Below are positions 19,458-28,240 of a DNA stretch of 64,000 bases, piece by piece. The first letter of the stretch is position 1. The number at the start of each line of letters is the position of its first letter. A program made the translations under genes and the position numbers. Below the pieces are notes generated by a model, which had not been told where the DNA came from, did no database searches, and worked only from the letters and a program-made list of their open reading frames with translations. Origin of the DNA: an uncultured delta proteobacterium (GTDB lineage Bacteria; Desulfobacterota; Desulfobacteria; Desulfobacterales; JAHEIW01); assembly GCA_963706575.1 (NCBI GenBank), contig CAVPNL010000012.1, forward strand, positions 128,001-192,000. The letters are read 5' to 3'.

Positions 19458-20044
19458 TCACATACCGTCTTCTATGTATAGCACGGGGCGATCCATTTCA
19501 GGCTTCGACATCCATTTCTGAAAATAGGTTTCTCGCTTTGACTGGATACTGTCAGCATTATCGCGTGCCCACTGATGTGAACTATTCGTGTTTTCGACAA
19601 AACTGCAACTACTACGACCAGTCCATAAATTCTTCCGATTGCAGTTCGTCTTTGTGCATCGGTTTCAGAGAAAACCGCGCTTTCCAGACCCCAACTCTTG
19701 GTGTCACAAGAGCGTAATACTTCTTGCCCGCCTCAACTTCCGCTCCCATGAAGTCCGCGCTCTCGCCGACAACCATGAAAATAAGCTCACCCGGGGCCGT
19801 CTTGTATGCAACTTTTGCCATTGACGATATAATACCGACCAAGACATTTTCCGCTGTGGCAACATCAAACACAGATGATTGAACAGCACCACCAAAGGCC
19901 GATGGCCTCATGAATATAATAACCGCTTCGCTTTCTGAGGGCTCATAAGACAGTTGCCTCTCAGGGCACAGCTTCTATATCTCGATGGCAACAATTGGCA
20001 GTACCAATGCAAAGAATGATAAAAAAAAATTTCAAGACCTTCAT
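19458..20044 (-). pseudogene. Putative lipoprotein (DUF2846-like), several frameshifts
   Basis: MKVLKFFFIILCI.../EAVIIFMRPSAFGGAVQSSVFD...ESADFM..VEAGKKYY.LVTPRVGVWKARFSLKP.../SFVENT..QWARDN...EDGM*. Confidence 0.6.
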
Positions 20045-20103
20045 ATTGCCTTCTCATTCTGTTTTAGGCAGGGGTGCGAAAATATTCCACTGCGTATAGG
20101 ACT

Positions 20104-20112
20104 ATTATAGCA
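20104..20112 (-). promoter_or_regulatory. Extended -10 promoter
   Basis: TGCTATAAT on the minus strand, 60 nt upstream of ATG 20044. Confidence 0.5.
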
Positions 20113-20391
20113 CAGTCACAAAAAAGTGAGCAGAAAATTACCCGGAGCTGAAACAAAACATCTCAAAAAATACCTAGTGCGAAACCAATACTTTAGAACT
20201 CCGGGTGTTGTGACGATATGTTTGTCCGGTTTTTCCGATCGAAAGTGAGTTCACAACGAAATTCGGCATTTAAATAGGCTAATTATTTTAACTCCAATAA
20301 TTTACTAAAAAGCACGATACATCCCGTCGGTCAGATTTTATGTGCGTCTGTTTCGAACAGCAGAAACAATATCAGGGACAAAACGCAATAT

Positions 20392-20421
20392 TTGACAATT
20401 CGTGCAGTGTTAGGTTAATCT
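20392..20421 (+). promoter_or_regulatory. Candidate sigma70 promoter for the main biosynthetic operon
   Basis: TTGACA-N17/18-TTAATC/TAATCT in an AT-rich divergent intergenic region. Confidence 0.4.
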
Positions 20422-20623
20422 TAGTACTATACTTGGGCTAATTTGGCAATGTTATCAATATGATTTATTACAACTTACTTAACCACTCAATTTTGGGTTG
20501 TCGAAAACCTGATATTTTGGGGAAGCGGACCCATTTAGTTGTAAATAATCAAAATTTAAACAAATATTGTATATCTGGCAGCCCTCTTTTGAAACAAACG
20601 GATCTGGGTTGAGGGGTAGGATT

Positions 20624-21209
20624 ATGTTTTCGACACATCAGTTTTATAATTTCCGTATTTTTATTTATATTAGTTATTTCATCTGGTTGTGGCGGCTCAT
20701 CTCCCAAAATAAACTCGACTTCTAAAGAAAACACCCTACTTCTCCAGAATAATATTCATGCCCAGGCCGGTTCGCGTGATACGAAAGCGAGTTATGCCAA
20801 TTGGACGGATCCTGGCGCCGGTCATATTATCATCCCTGTGAATACTCCAGTGGTATTCGGCGGATACCACAGGGGACTTACAATAAAAAACCTAAATGAT
20901 GGAAGATTCATTTATTTTGAGTATAATAGCAAAAACATGGGTATGAGTGCAGAACAATATATCAGCCTGATTACATCTTCGAAAAAAGTAAACCTGAGCG
21001 AATTATCAGAAACCGATCAAAAAGGGATCAACAGCGGAAAAGCTTTGGTTGGAATGTCAAAAAAGGGCGTTAGAATTGCCCTGGGCTATCCCGCAGCTCA
21101 CCGAACACCGTCTTTAAAAAATAACTCATGGATCTATTGGCGCAATAGATTTAAAACGAAAGTGATCGAATTCGATACGGAAGGCAAAGTAAAAAAGATC
21201 CGATTTTGA
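20624..21209 (+). pseudogene. Lipoprotein with BamE/SmpA-like C-terminus, paralog 2 (extra T after ATG)
   Basis: Removing one T from ATGTTTTCGA gives MFRHISFIISVFLFILVISSGC (lipobox) continuing into GMSKKGV..LGYPAAHRTPSL..WIYWRNRF. Confidence 0.75.
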
Positions 21210-21221
21210 CGGAGGCCAAGG

Positions 21222-21947
21222 ATGGGCAAGCGAATCGCACTGGTAACCGGAGCAAGCAGAGGTATCGGAGCTGCTATTGCCACGGTTCTGGCACAAGATG
21301 GCTTTGATCTCTGGCTTAATTACAGAAGCAACCATGAAGCGGCCGAAAGGGTTAAGAATGAGATCGAGCAAACCAACGCACAGTGCCGGCTGTTGCCTTT
21401 TGATGTTTCTGACTCCGAATCGACGCTGTCCGCATTGGATCCCTTGATTGAGAAAGAAACGCCGTATGTACTTGTAAACAATGCTGGTTTTACCAGGGAC
21501 ATGCTGATGATTTGGATGAATCAAAATGACTGGAAGGATGTTTTGTCCGTCACGTTAGATGGGTTTTTCCACGTAACAAGAGCAGTGATCAAAGGCATGT
21601 TGACAAAACGCAGGGGTCGAATCGTCAACATTGTTTCCACTTCCGGTCAAAGCGGTATGGCCGGTCAGGTGAACTATTCTGCCGCCAAAGCGGGGTTGAT
21701 TGGCGCCACAAAAGCATTGGCCGCTGAGGTTGCAAAACGCAATGTATTGGTAAATGCGGTGTCTCCAGGATTCATTGAGACTGAAATGATAAAAGATATT
21801 CCAAAAGAAAAAGTGTTGCCCATGATCCCCATGCAACGGTTTGGCACCCCCGAAGAAGTCGCTGCAGCTGTCAGATTTTTATGCTCCAATCAAGCATCTT
21901 ATATTACCGGGCAAATTATAGCAGTCAATGGCGGAGTTTACATGTAA
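21222..21947 (+). CDS. fabG: 3-oxoacyl-ACP reductase
   Basis: TGASRGIG, NNAG, YSAAK, VSPGFIET. Confidence 0.93.
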   Translation: MGKRIALVTGASRGIGAAIATVLAQDGFDLWLNYRSNHEAAERVKNEIEQTNAQCRLLPFDVSDSESTLSALDPLIEKETPYVLVNNAGFTRDMLMIWMNQNDWKDVLSVTLDGFFHVTRAVIKGMLTKRRGRIVNIVSTSGQSGMAGQVNYSAAKAGLIGATKALAAEVAKRNVLVNAVSPGFIETEMIKDIPKEKVLPMIPMQRFGTPEEVAAAVRFLCSNQASYITGQIIAVNGGVYM

Positions 21948-22070
21948 AATCTGGATAGCCTGTTTTTATGGCATTTTTTAGAGTTGTAATTTTTAATCAA
22001 ATTTATACAAATTTGCCGCTGAAACAGAACAAGTACTGGTCTATCCCCTCATCGTCTTTGGAAAAAATTT

Positions 22071-23288
22071 ATGCACCGAGTAGCAATTACAGGCATCGGT
22101 ATTGTTTCCTGCATCGGAAACAATATCCAAAAAGCTGCAGAATCATTGCGACTGGGCAAATCCGGGATTGCGATCGATGCAGAACGAATAAATATCGGGT
22201 TTCGCAGCCCTCTTACAGGCGTCATACGGGATTTTAAGGCCACCGACTTTTTAACACGTAAACAGCGCAAAACCATGGCAGATTTCACCATCCACGCCTA
22301 TGCCGCTGTAAGGGAGGCGCTGGACATGTCCGGGCTTAGTGATGAAGAAGTGCAAAGTCCGGATACGGGACTAATATTCGGATGTGATTCCAGCTGCATT
22401 GCGGCTGTAGAACAGGTAGAACTGCTGCGCAAGCATGAGGAAACAAAGTACATCGGAAGCGGTCATGTTTTCCGCTCGATGACATCAAATATCACCATGA
22501 ATTTGAACACCATTTTAAAAACAAAAGGCGCCTGTTGGACAATCAGCTCAGCATGTTCCAGTGGGGGGCATGCCGTCGGTCAGGCGGCGGATCTTATCGC
22601 TCTCGGCCGGCAGGATCGAGTCATTTGCGGTGGCGCTCAGGAAATTAATTGGGAATCCATGTGCAGCTTTGATGCACTCGGGGCATTCTCGATGCGAATT
22701 GAAGAACCGGAAGCAGCCTGCCGCCCATTTGACGCTCAACGCGATGGCCTTGTTCCCAGTGGCGGTGCTGCTGCGCTTGTTTTAGAACAATATGACATGG
22801 CCAAACAGAGAGGCGCAAAAATTCTAGGTGAAATCAAAGCGTATGGTTTTTCTTCAGACGGGACCCACATTTCTGTTCCGAGTCATGAAGGCCTCACAAC
22901 CGTTATGCAAAAAACGCTGGGTAGTGCAAACCTACAACCCTCTGAAATAGAATATATTAGCGCCCATGCCACCTCGACTCCTGTTGGCGATTCCATAGAG
23001 GCACAAAGTATCACTGCAGTTTTCGGTGAAAAAACGCCATGGGTCTCCTCGTTGAAGTCCATGGTCGGCCATGAACTCTGGATGGCGGGCGCATCTAGTG
23101 CGGTTTACTCGATAATCATGGCACAGGAAGGATTCATCGCCAAAAACCTGAATTTTCATGAGCCGGATGAAGATTCTAAGAAGCTCAATATTGTAACTGA
23201 AACAATCACCAAAGCACCTGAAACCATTTTATGCAATGCCGCCGGATTTGGTGGCTCAAACGCTTGCGTTATTATAAAGTGTGAATAA
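22071..23288 (+). CDS. Beta-ketoacyl-ACP synthase KS1 (FabB/F family)
   Basis: Cys-His-His triad: SSACSS, SAHATST, VGHEL. Confidence 0.93.
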   Translation: MHRVAITGIGIVSCIGNNIQKAAESLRLGKSGIAIDAERINIGFRSPLTGVIRDFKATDFLTRKQRKTMADFTIHAYAAVREALDMSGLSDEEVQSPDTGLIFGCDSSCIAAVEQVELLRKHEETKYIGSGHVFRSMTSNITMNLNTILKTKGACWTISSACSSGGHAVGQAADLIALGRQDRVICGGAQEINWESMCSFDALGAFSMRIEEPEAACRPFDAQRDGLVPSGGAAALVLEQYDMAKQRGAKILGEIKAYGFSSDGTHISVPSHEGLTTVMQKTLGSANLQPSEIEYISAHATSTPVGDSIEAQSITAVFGEKTPWVSSLKSMVGHELWMAGASSAVYSIIMAQEGFIAKNLNFHEPDEDSKKLNIVTETITKAPETILCNAAGFGGSNACVIIKCE

Positions 23289-24778
23289 TGAAATATGATT
23301 ACGTTGTAATCGGAGCCGGTGTTTCCGGAATGACAACGGCGATCATCCTCGCAAAAAACGGCTTTGATGTTGCTTTAGTCGAAAAATCTAAAAAAACGGC
23401 ACCATTAATTAGAGGGTTCACTCGCAACGGTATTTATTTTGACACCGGTTTTCACCACACGGGCAGCCTGGGCAAAAATGAAATATTAGATATTTTATTT
23501 CACTATTTAGGTCTGTCCGACAGATTGGAAAAAGAGCCTTACAACCCGGATGGTTTTGACCTTCTTCGTTGCAAGCAATCCGGTTTCGAATTTCGATTTC
23601 CATACGGCTATGAACGTATCCGGGAACGCTTGCTTGAAAAATTTCCCGGCGAAGCAAAAGCCGTTAAAAAATACCTGGTAGAAATCAAGGAGACCTTCGA
23701 TTCCTTTCCCTATATTAAACTCGATCCTGGTCGATTGGAAATAAGCATCCAAAAAAGTGTGCAGGGACCCAGCCTGAAGGAATTTTTAGATCATTCAACA
23801 GACAACCAACAATTAAAATGGGTGCTTTCACTGCACTGTTTGCTGCACGGTGTTCCCCCGGAGGAAGTACCTTTTGCCTATCATGCGTGCGTTGCCGGTT
23901 CATATTACGAATCAGTCCACCGTATCAAAGGGGGCGGAATGTGTCTGGCCAAAGCCTATGACAGCCAGCTAAAAGACCTCGGAGTCGATGTCTATTGCGG
24001 TCAGGCGGCAGTTGAAATTTACATCTCATCAGATCACTCTCCTTCGGGAATCCGCCTAAAAGACGGTACAGAGCTACATTGCCGGGGTTGTGTCTCAACA
24101 ATTCATCCAAGAAGCTTCCTAAACCTTTTACCGGACACCATCTTCCGGCCCGCCTATCGAAAACGCTTGCAGCAACTGGAGGAGACGTGTTCGGCCTTTA
24201 TTCTCTATGCCGGTTGCAGTACCTTGCCGCAATCATTAACCCGCAACAACTTATTACTCACATCCGATTGGGACTTAACCGGGCTCCGACCAAAAGATCC
24301 GTTGGAAAATCGACCTTTATATGTTTGCCAGGCGCATCAACCAAATGGCAAAGCTTCAAACAAGGGACTAATTGCTATCGTACCTGCATCAAGTGCACAA
24401 ACAGATCGTTGGTCGGATTCCATGCCGGGACAACGTCCGCAAGATTATATTCAATTTAAGGAAAGCACCGGCCATAAATTCAAACGACACATTGAGGACT
24501 GCCTACCGGATATCGTTGGGAATATCCAATTTGCGGAGTGTTCGACTCCATTAACGTTAAGAGATTTTGCAAATAACCCGTTTGGCAGTATTTACGGAGT
24601 CAAACATAAGGTCGGTCAATACAATCCCGTACCTGTAACAAAAGTAAAAGGCCTGTATCTGGCCGGCCAGGCCACGGTGGCACCGGGAATCCTGGGCACT
24701 GTCATTTCAGCTTTTCTGGTCGGTGGATTTATCCTGGGGCATGGGCAACTTATAAAGCAACTTCAGAAATATAAATGA
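23288..24778 (+). CDS. Phytoene desaturase/retinol-saturase-like FAD oxidoreductase
   Basis: VIGAGVSG, FDTGFH, STPLT..F...GSIYG, LYLAGQ...PGILG. Confidence 0.88.
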   Translation: MKYDYVVIGAGVSGMTTAIILAKNGFDVALVEKSKKTAPLIRGFTRNGIYFDTGFHHTGSLGKNEILDILFHYLGLSDRLEKEPYNPDGFDLLRCKQSGFEFRFPYGYERIRERLLEKFPGEAKAVKKYLVEIKETFDSFPYIKLDPGRLEISIQKSVQGPSLKEFLDHSTDNQQLKWVLSLHCLLHGVPPEEVPFAYHACVAGSYYESVHRIKGGGMCLAKAYDSQLKDLGVDVYCGQAAVEIYISSDHSPSGIRLKDGTELHCRGCVSTIHPRSFLNLLPDTIFRPAYRKRLQQLEETCSAFILYAGCSTLPQSLTRNNLLLTSDWDLTGLRPKDPLENRPLYVCQAHQPNGKASNKGLIAIVPASSAQTDRWSDSMPGQRPQDYIQFKESTGHKFKRHIEDCLPDIVGNIQFAECSTPLTLRDFANNPFGSIYGVKHKVGQYNPVPVTKVKGLYLAGQATVAPGILGTVISAFLVGGFILGHGQLIKQLQKYK

Positions 24779-26004
24779 GACGAGTCGTCATAACAGGGAT
24801 GGGCGCCGTTTCGCCCTATGGTAAAGGTGTGGATACCTTTATCGAGTCTTTAATCGAAGGCAAAAGTGCGATAACTTCTGTAGCAAATTTGGCTGATATC
24901 AAGGGGCTCAGAAGCTGGGTGGCCGGTTTGGTCGATGGCATTGATCCAAATGAAATCCCCCGAAAATATCGGCGTTCGATGTCCAGCATGTCGATCTACG
25001 CGACACTGGCCTGCCGGGAGGCTCTGGATCAGGCTCGCTTGAATGCCGAACAATGCACCGGCGGCCAGATGGGGGTGGCTATTGGGTCAACAATCGGCAG
25101 TACCCAGACAACCCAGGAATTTTTTAATAACCTTCTGTCCACCGGGGGTCTCGAACAGATGAAATCCACGGTTTTTTTTAAAATCATGAGTCACTCGTGT
25201 GCCGCCAATGTATCGCAGATACTGGGCATAACCGGCAGGACCCTCTCGCCTTCGGCGGCCTGCTCAACCAGTTGCCAGGCGATTGGTTATGGATATGAAA
25301 TGATCGCTTTCGGGAAACAGGACTTTATGCTTTGCGGGGGAACCGACGAGTACCATCCGCTGTTTACGGGAACATTTGACATCTTGAATGCTGCCTCGGT
25401 TAAGTTCAATGATCAACCTTCTCGAACGCCACGCCCCTTTGATCGCGACCGGGACGGGGTGGTTTGTTCCGAGGGCAGCGGTATTCTGCTACTGGAATCT
25501 CTGGATTCGGCCGAGAAACGGGGAGCGAATATTCTTTGCGAAATCATCGGATTTGCAACTGTTTCGGATCCGTCCAATATCGCCAATCCGGATATGGCCT
25601 CCATCAAAAGATGTATGCAACTTGCATTGAACGATGCAAGCATTAAACCGGAGGAAATCGACTATGTCAATGCACATGCCACATCCACTAAACAGGGTGA
25701 TATTGTAGAAGGCGAGGCTATTTCGGAATTATTCGGAGATGATACGCCGGTAAGTTCTTTTAAAGGACATCTGGGCCATACAATGGCTGCCAGCGGAGCA
25801 CTGGAGTCAATTGCATTGGTAGAAATGATCAACCGCGGTTGTCTGATCCCCACCTTGAATCTGGAAAATATAGATGACGCCTGCGGCAATATTCGGCATA
25901 TCTGTGAGCTGGAAATAACACGCATTAAGACCGCGATCAAAAATAATTTTGCACTGGGCGGCATCAATTCATCATTGGTAATACGGAGATATAAAGATGA
26001 CTGA
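24775..26004 (+). CDS. Beta-ketoacyl-ACP synthase KS2 (FabF-like)
   Basis: SAACST, NAHATST, LGHTMAASG, NNFALGG. Confidence 0.93.
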   Translation: MRRVVITGMGAVSPYGKGVDTFIESLIEGKSAITSVANLADIKGLRSWVAGLVDGIDPNEIPRKYRRSMSSMSIYATLACREALDQARLNAEQCTGGQMGVAIGSTIGSTQTTQEFFNNLLSTGGLEQMKSTVFFKIMSHSCAANVSQILGITGRTLSPSAACSTSCQAIGYGYEMIAFGKQDFMLCGGTDEYHPLFTGTFDILNAASVKFNDQPSRTPRPFDRDRDGVVCSEGSGILLLESLDSAEKRGANILCEIIGFATVSDPSNIANPDMASIKRCMQLALNDASIKPEEIDYVNAHATSTKQGDIVEGEAISELFGDDTPVSSFKGHLGHTMAASGALESIALVEMINRGCLIPTLNLENIDDACGNIRHICELEITRIKTAIKNNFALGGINSSLVIRRYKDD

Positions 26005-26263
26005 CCAGCAGATCATCGATTTAATAAATACATCTCTCGAGGAAGAATTCGAGTTGGAAGAAGAAGATATGAAACCAGATGCTTCCCTTTTTGATGATCT
26101 GGAACTGGACAGCCTGGACATCGTGGATCTGGTGGTCGTTTTGGAGAGGGCCTTTCAGTTTAAAATCCGGGAAGAAGATTCCATCCAGGAGATTCGAACC
26201 CTTGGGGATATTCATCGATTCGTAATCAACAAAAAAAGGGGCTTAACAAGCGATAAGACATGA
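25997..26263 (+). CDS. Acyl carrier protein
   Basis: Acidic 88-aa protein with LELDSLD phosphopantetheine motif. Confidence 0.93.
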   Translation: MTDQQIIDLINTSLEEEFELEEEDMKPDASLFDDLELDSLDIVDLVVVLERAFQFKIREEDSIQEIRTLGDIHRFVINKKRGLTSDKT

Positions 26264-27144
26264 CATGGCCTCAATCAATTCGTACAATGCGGCCGGTGAA
26301 CTTTCTGCTTATTCCTTTAATGAACCTAACCGCTCTGCCGTTAATGCTGTTGTGGACGGCGGTAGGTATTTTTCTTTTTCCTGCGCTTTTTTTCATTTTG
26401 AAAGCCGCCACCCGCTGGAACGCTGAGCAGATAACGCGTCGGTTAATCTGGGTTTACGGCCGTGGGTGGCTCGCTATTATGCTGCCATTTATCCGATCTG
26501 AGCTGATCGGAATAAAACAGGATAAGATAAAACCACCCTGTATTTATGTGGCAAATCACCTCTCTTTTTTTGATATCTACTGTCTGGCTGTCCTTCCCTC
26601 TTTCAATATCAGTATTGCCATTCGGAACTGGCCCTTTAAAATGTACTGGTACGCGCCGTTCATGCATATGGCCGGGTACATCAATGTCGAAAATAAAAAG
26701 TGGGAAGAAATCTTTGAATCCGCTGCTCACATATTATCAAACGGAGGGGCACTCCTGTTCTTCCCCGAAGGTCACCGCAGCCGTAGCGGAGAATTGCAAC
26801 GGTTTTATTCCGGCGCTTTTAAGCTGGCGGTCGAAACGGGTGCCAAAATTGTGCCGCTCTGTATTAAGGGAACCAACGAAGTTTTGCCGCCCGGCCGTTG
26901 GTGGCTTAGCCCCGCCAAGGTCACTATAAAAGCACTCGAGCCTGTAGATCCCAAATCCCTTGCGGATTCCTCTTCTCATCGTTTGATCCGAAAAACAGTT
27001 AAAAACATGATGAGACAGAGCTTGGCGGAAATGACTTTAGAACTCCGCTGGCAACACCGATATCGCCGGATCGGAATGCAGCTTATAAATCCAAAAATTC
27101 GTCCAACAAACGGCCATTCAAGCTTAATGCATAAATTAAGGTAG
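26260..27144 (+). CDS. 1-acyl-sn-glycerol-3-phosphate acyltransferase-like (PlsC family)
   Basis: ANHLSFFD, FFPEGHRS, FYSGAF. Confidence 0.9.
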   Translation: MTWPQSIRTMRPVNFLLIPLMNLTALPLMLLWTAVGIFLFPALFFILKAATRWNAEQITRRLIWVYGRGWLAIMLPFIRSELIGIKQDKIKPPCIYVANHLSFFDIYCLAVLPSFNISIAIRNWPFKMYWYAPFMHMAGYINVENKKWEEIFESAAHILSNGGALLFFPEGHRSRSGELQRFYSGAFKLAVETGAKIVPLCIKGTNEVLPPGRWWLSPAKVTIKALEPVDPKSLADSSSHRLIRKTVKNMMRQSLAEMTLELRWQHRYRRIGMQLINPKIRPTNGHSSLMHKLR

Positions 27145-27170
27145 TCTTAAGATGGAAACACGAACCGACA

Positions 27171-27611
27171 TTGCCTTCACCTGCAGAAGCCCTCATCCCA
27201 CATCGAAAACCCCTGTGCATGATCGACCGGTTGATCGACGTTAAAGATCGTGGCGGAACGGCCGAGGCTGAAGTCACATCTGATAATGTCATGGTGGATG
27301 AGGCTGGACAGCTTGATCCTTTTGCGACAGCGGAAATGATTGCCCAAACATATGCAGCGGTAAAAGGATATGATGTTCGTCTTTCCGGCAAGCCGGTAAA
27401 ACAGGGATTTCTGGTGGGCATACGGAAAATTCAGTTTTTGAAATTGGCATTTGTCGGTGATGTTTTACAAATTAACGTCGATACGGTAGGCGCTATTTCT
27501 GGATTTGCAGTGGTTAAGGGTCAGGTTACTCGTAATCAGGAAGTCATCGCCGAAGGGGAAATAAAATTGTGGATTCAATCTAAAAATCTAATGGAACCCG
27601 GAAGTAAATGA
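27171..27611 (+). CDS. Hotdog-fold 3-hydroxyacyl-ACP dehydratase (ApeP-like)
   Basis: LIPHRKP..MIDRL, EMIAQT.AA..G, GFLVGI; true start may be the frameshifted ATG 27152. Confidence 0.85.
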   Translation: MPSPAEALIPHRKPLCMIDRLIDVKDRGGTAEAEVTSDNVMVDEAGQLDPFATAEMIAQTYAAVKGYDVRLSGKPVKQGFLVGIRKIQFLKLAFVGDVLQINVDTVGAISGFAVVKGQVTRNQEVIAEGEIKLWIQSKNLMEPGSK

Positions 27612-28240
27612 ATTTTGTAATTATTATAGCTCTCATTTTGTCTTTACCCGCTTTTGTTCTGAGTCAAACAAGGTCTGAAAATTCGGATAACCGCAACAGG
27701 ATTTTTTCGGAAATTGCCAGCTCGGCATCTCAGGTCGAGACATTTTCATGTGATTTTTTACAGGAAAAATACATGAGCATTTTGGATAATGTCCTTATAT
27801 CAAAAGGCCGGCTTTATTATAAGCGCAATAACCGACTGCGGTGGGAAATAAACCATCCGGCAACTTCAGGATTTGCCGTAAACGGTGATCAGGCGAAACG
27901 ATGGGAAGGCGATTCCGGGCGAACACAGACATTTAAAGTCAACCAGGTCCCGTTTATCAAAGTTTTTACAGACCAGGTATTTTCATGGGCCAGCGCTGAT
28001 TTCAAGCGGTTGAAGAAACGCTATCATATTAAGGTGCTAAGTGACAAACCGATACAGCTGATGCTATTGCCGATTTCCCCACAGGAAAAAAAATATCTGG
28101 ACAACTTTCGAATTTCCTTCACTGCCGACGCCAGTTATGTCAGTGCGGTTGAAGTACATGAGCCGGACGGCGATTTCACCCGAATTCATTTTTTGAATAC
28201 CGTAATTAACCACCCCTTGCCTGACAGTCTGTTTAATTGA
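27608..28240 (+). CDS. LolA-like outer-membrane lipid/lipoprotein carrier
   Basis: Signal peptide; FSCDFLQEK, SKGRLYYKR..LRWE, EPDGDFTRIHF. Confidence 0.85.
   Translation: MNFVIIIALILSLPAFVLSQTRSENSDNRNRIFSEIASSASQVETFSCDFLQEKYMSILDNVLISKGRLYYKRNNRLRWEINHPATSGFAVNGDQAKRWEGDSGRTQTFKVNQVPFIKVFTDQVFSWASADFKRLKKRYHIKVLSDKPIQLMLLPISPQEKKYLDNFRISFTADASYVSAVEVHEPDGDFTRIHFLNTVINHPLPDSLFN

Noticed and set aside
19606..19620. Stop-codon readthrough (pyrrolysine/selenocysteine) or programmed frameshifting in the broken genes
   Set aside because: Coding continues in a different frame, and the breaks are numerous, irregular and lack consistent slippery sites. Indels explain them better.
23288..24778. 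Carotenoid biosynthesis pathway
   Set aside because: The CrtI-like gene is embedded between KS genes, with no phytoene synthase or GGPP synthase in the window.
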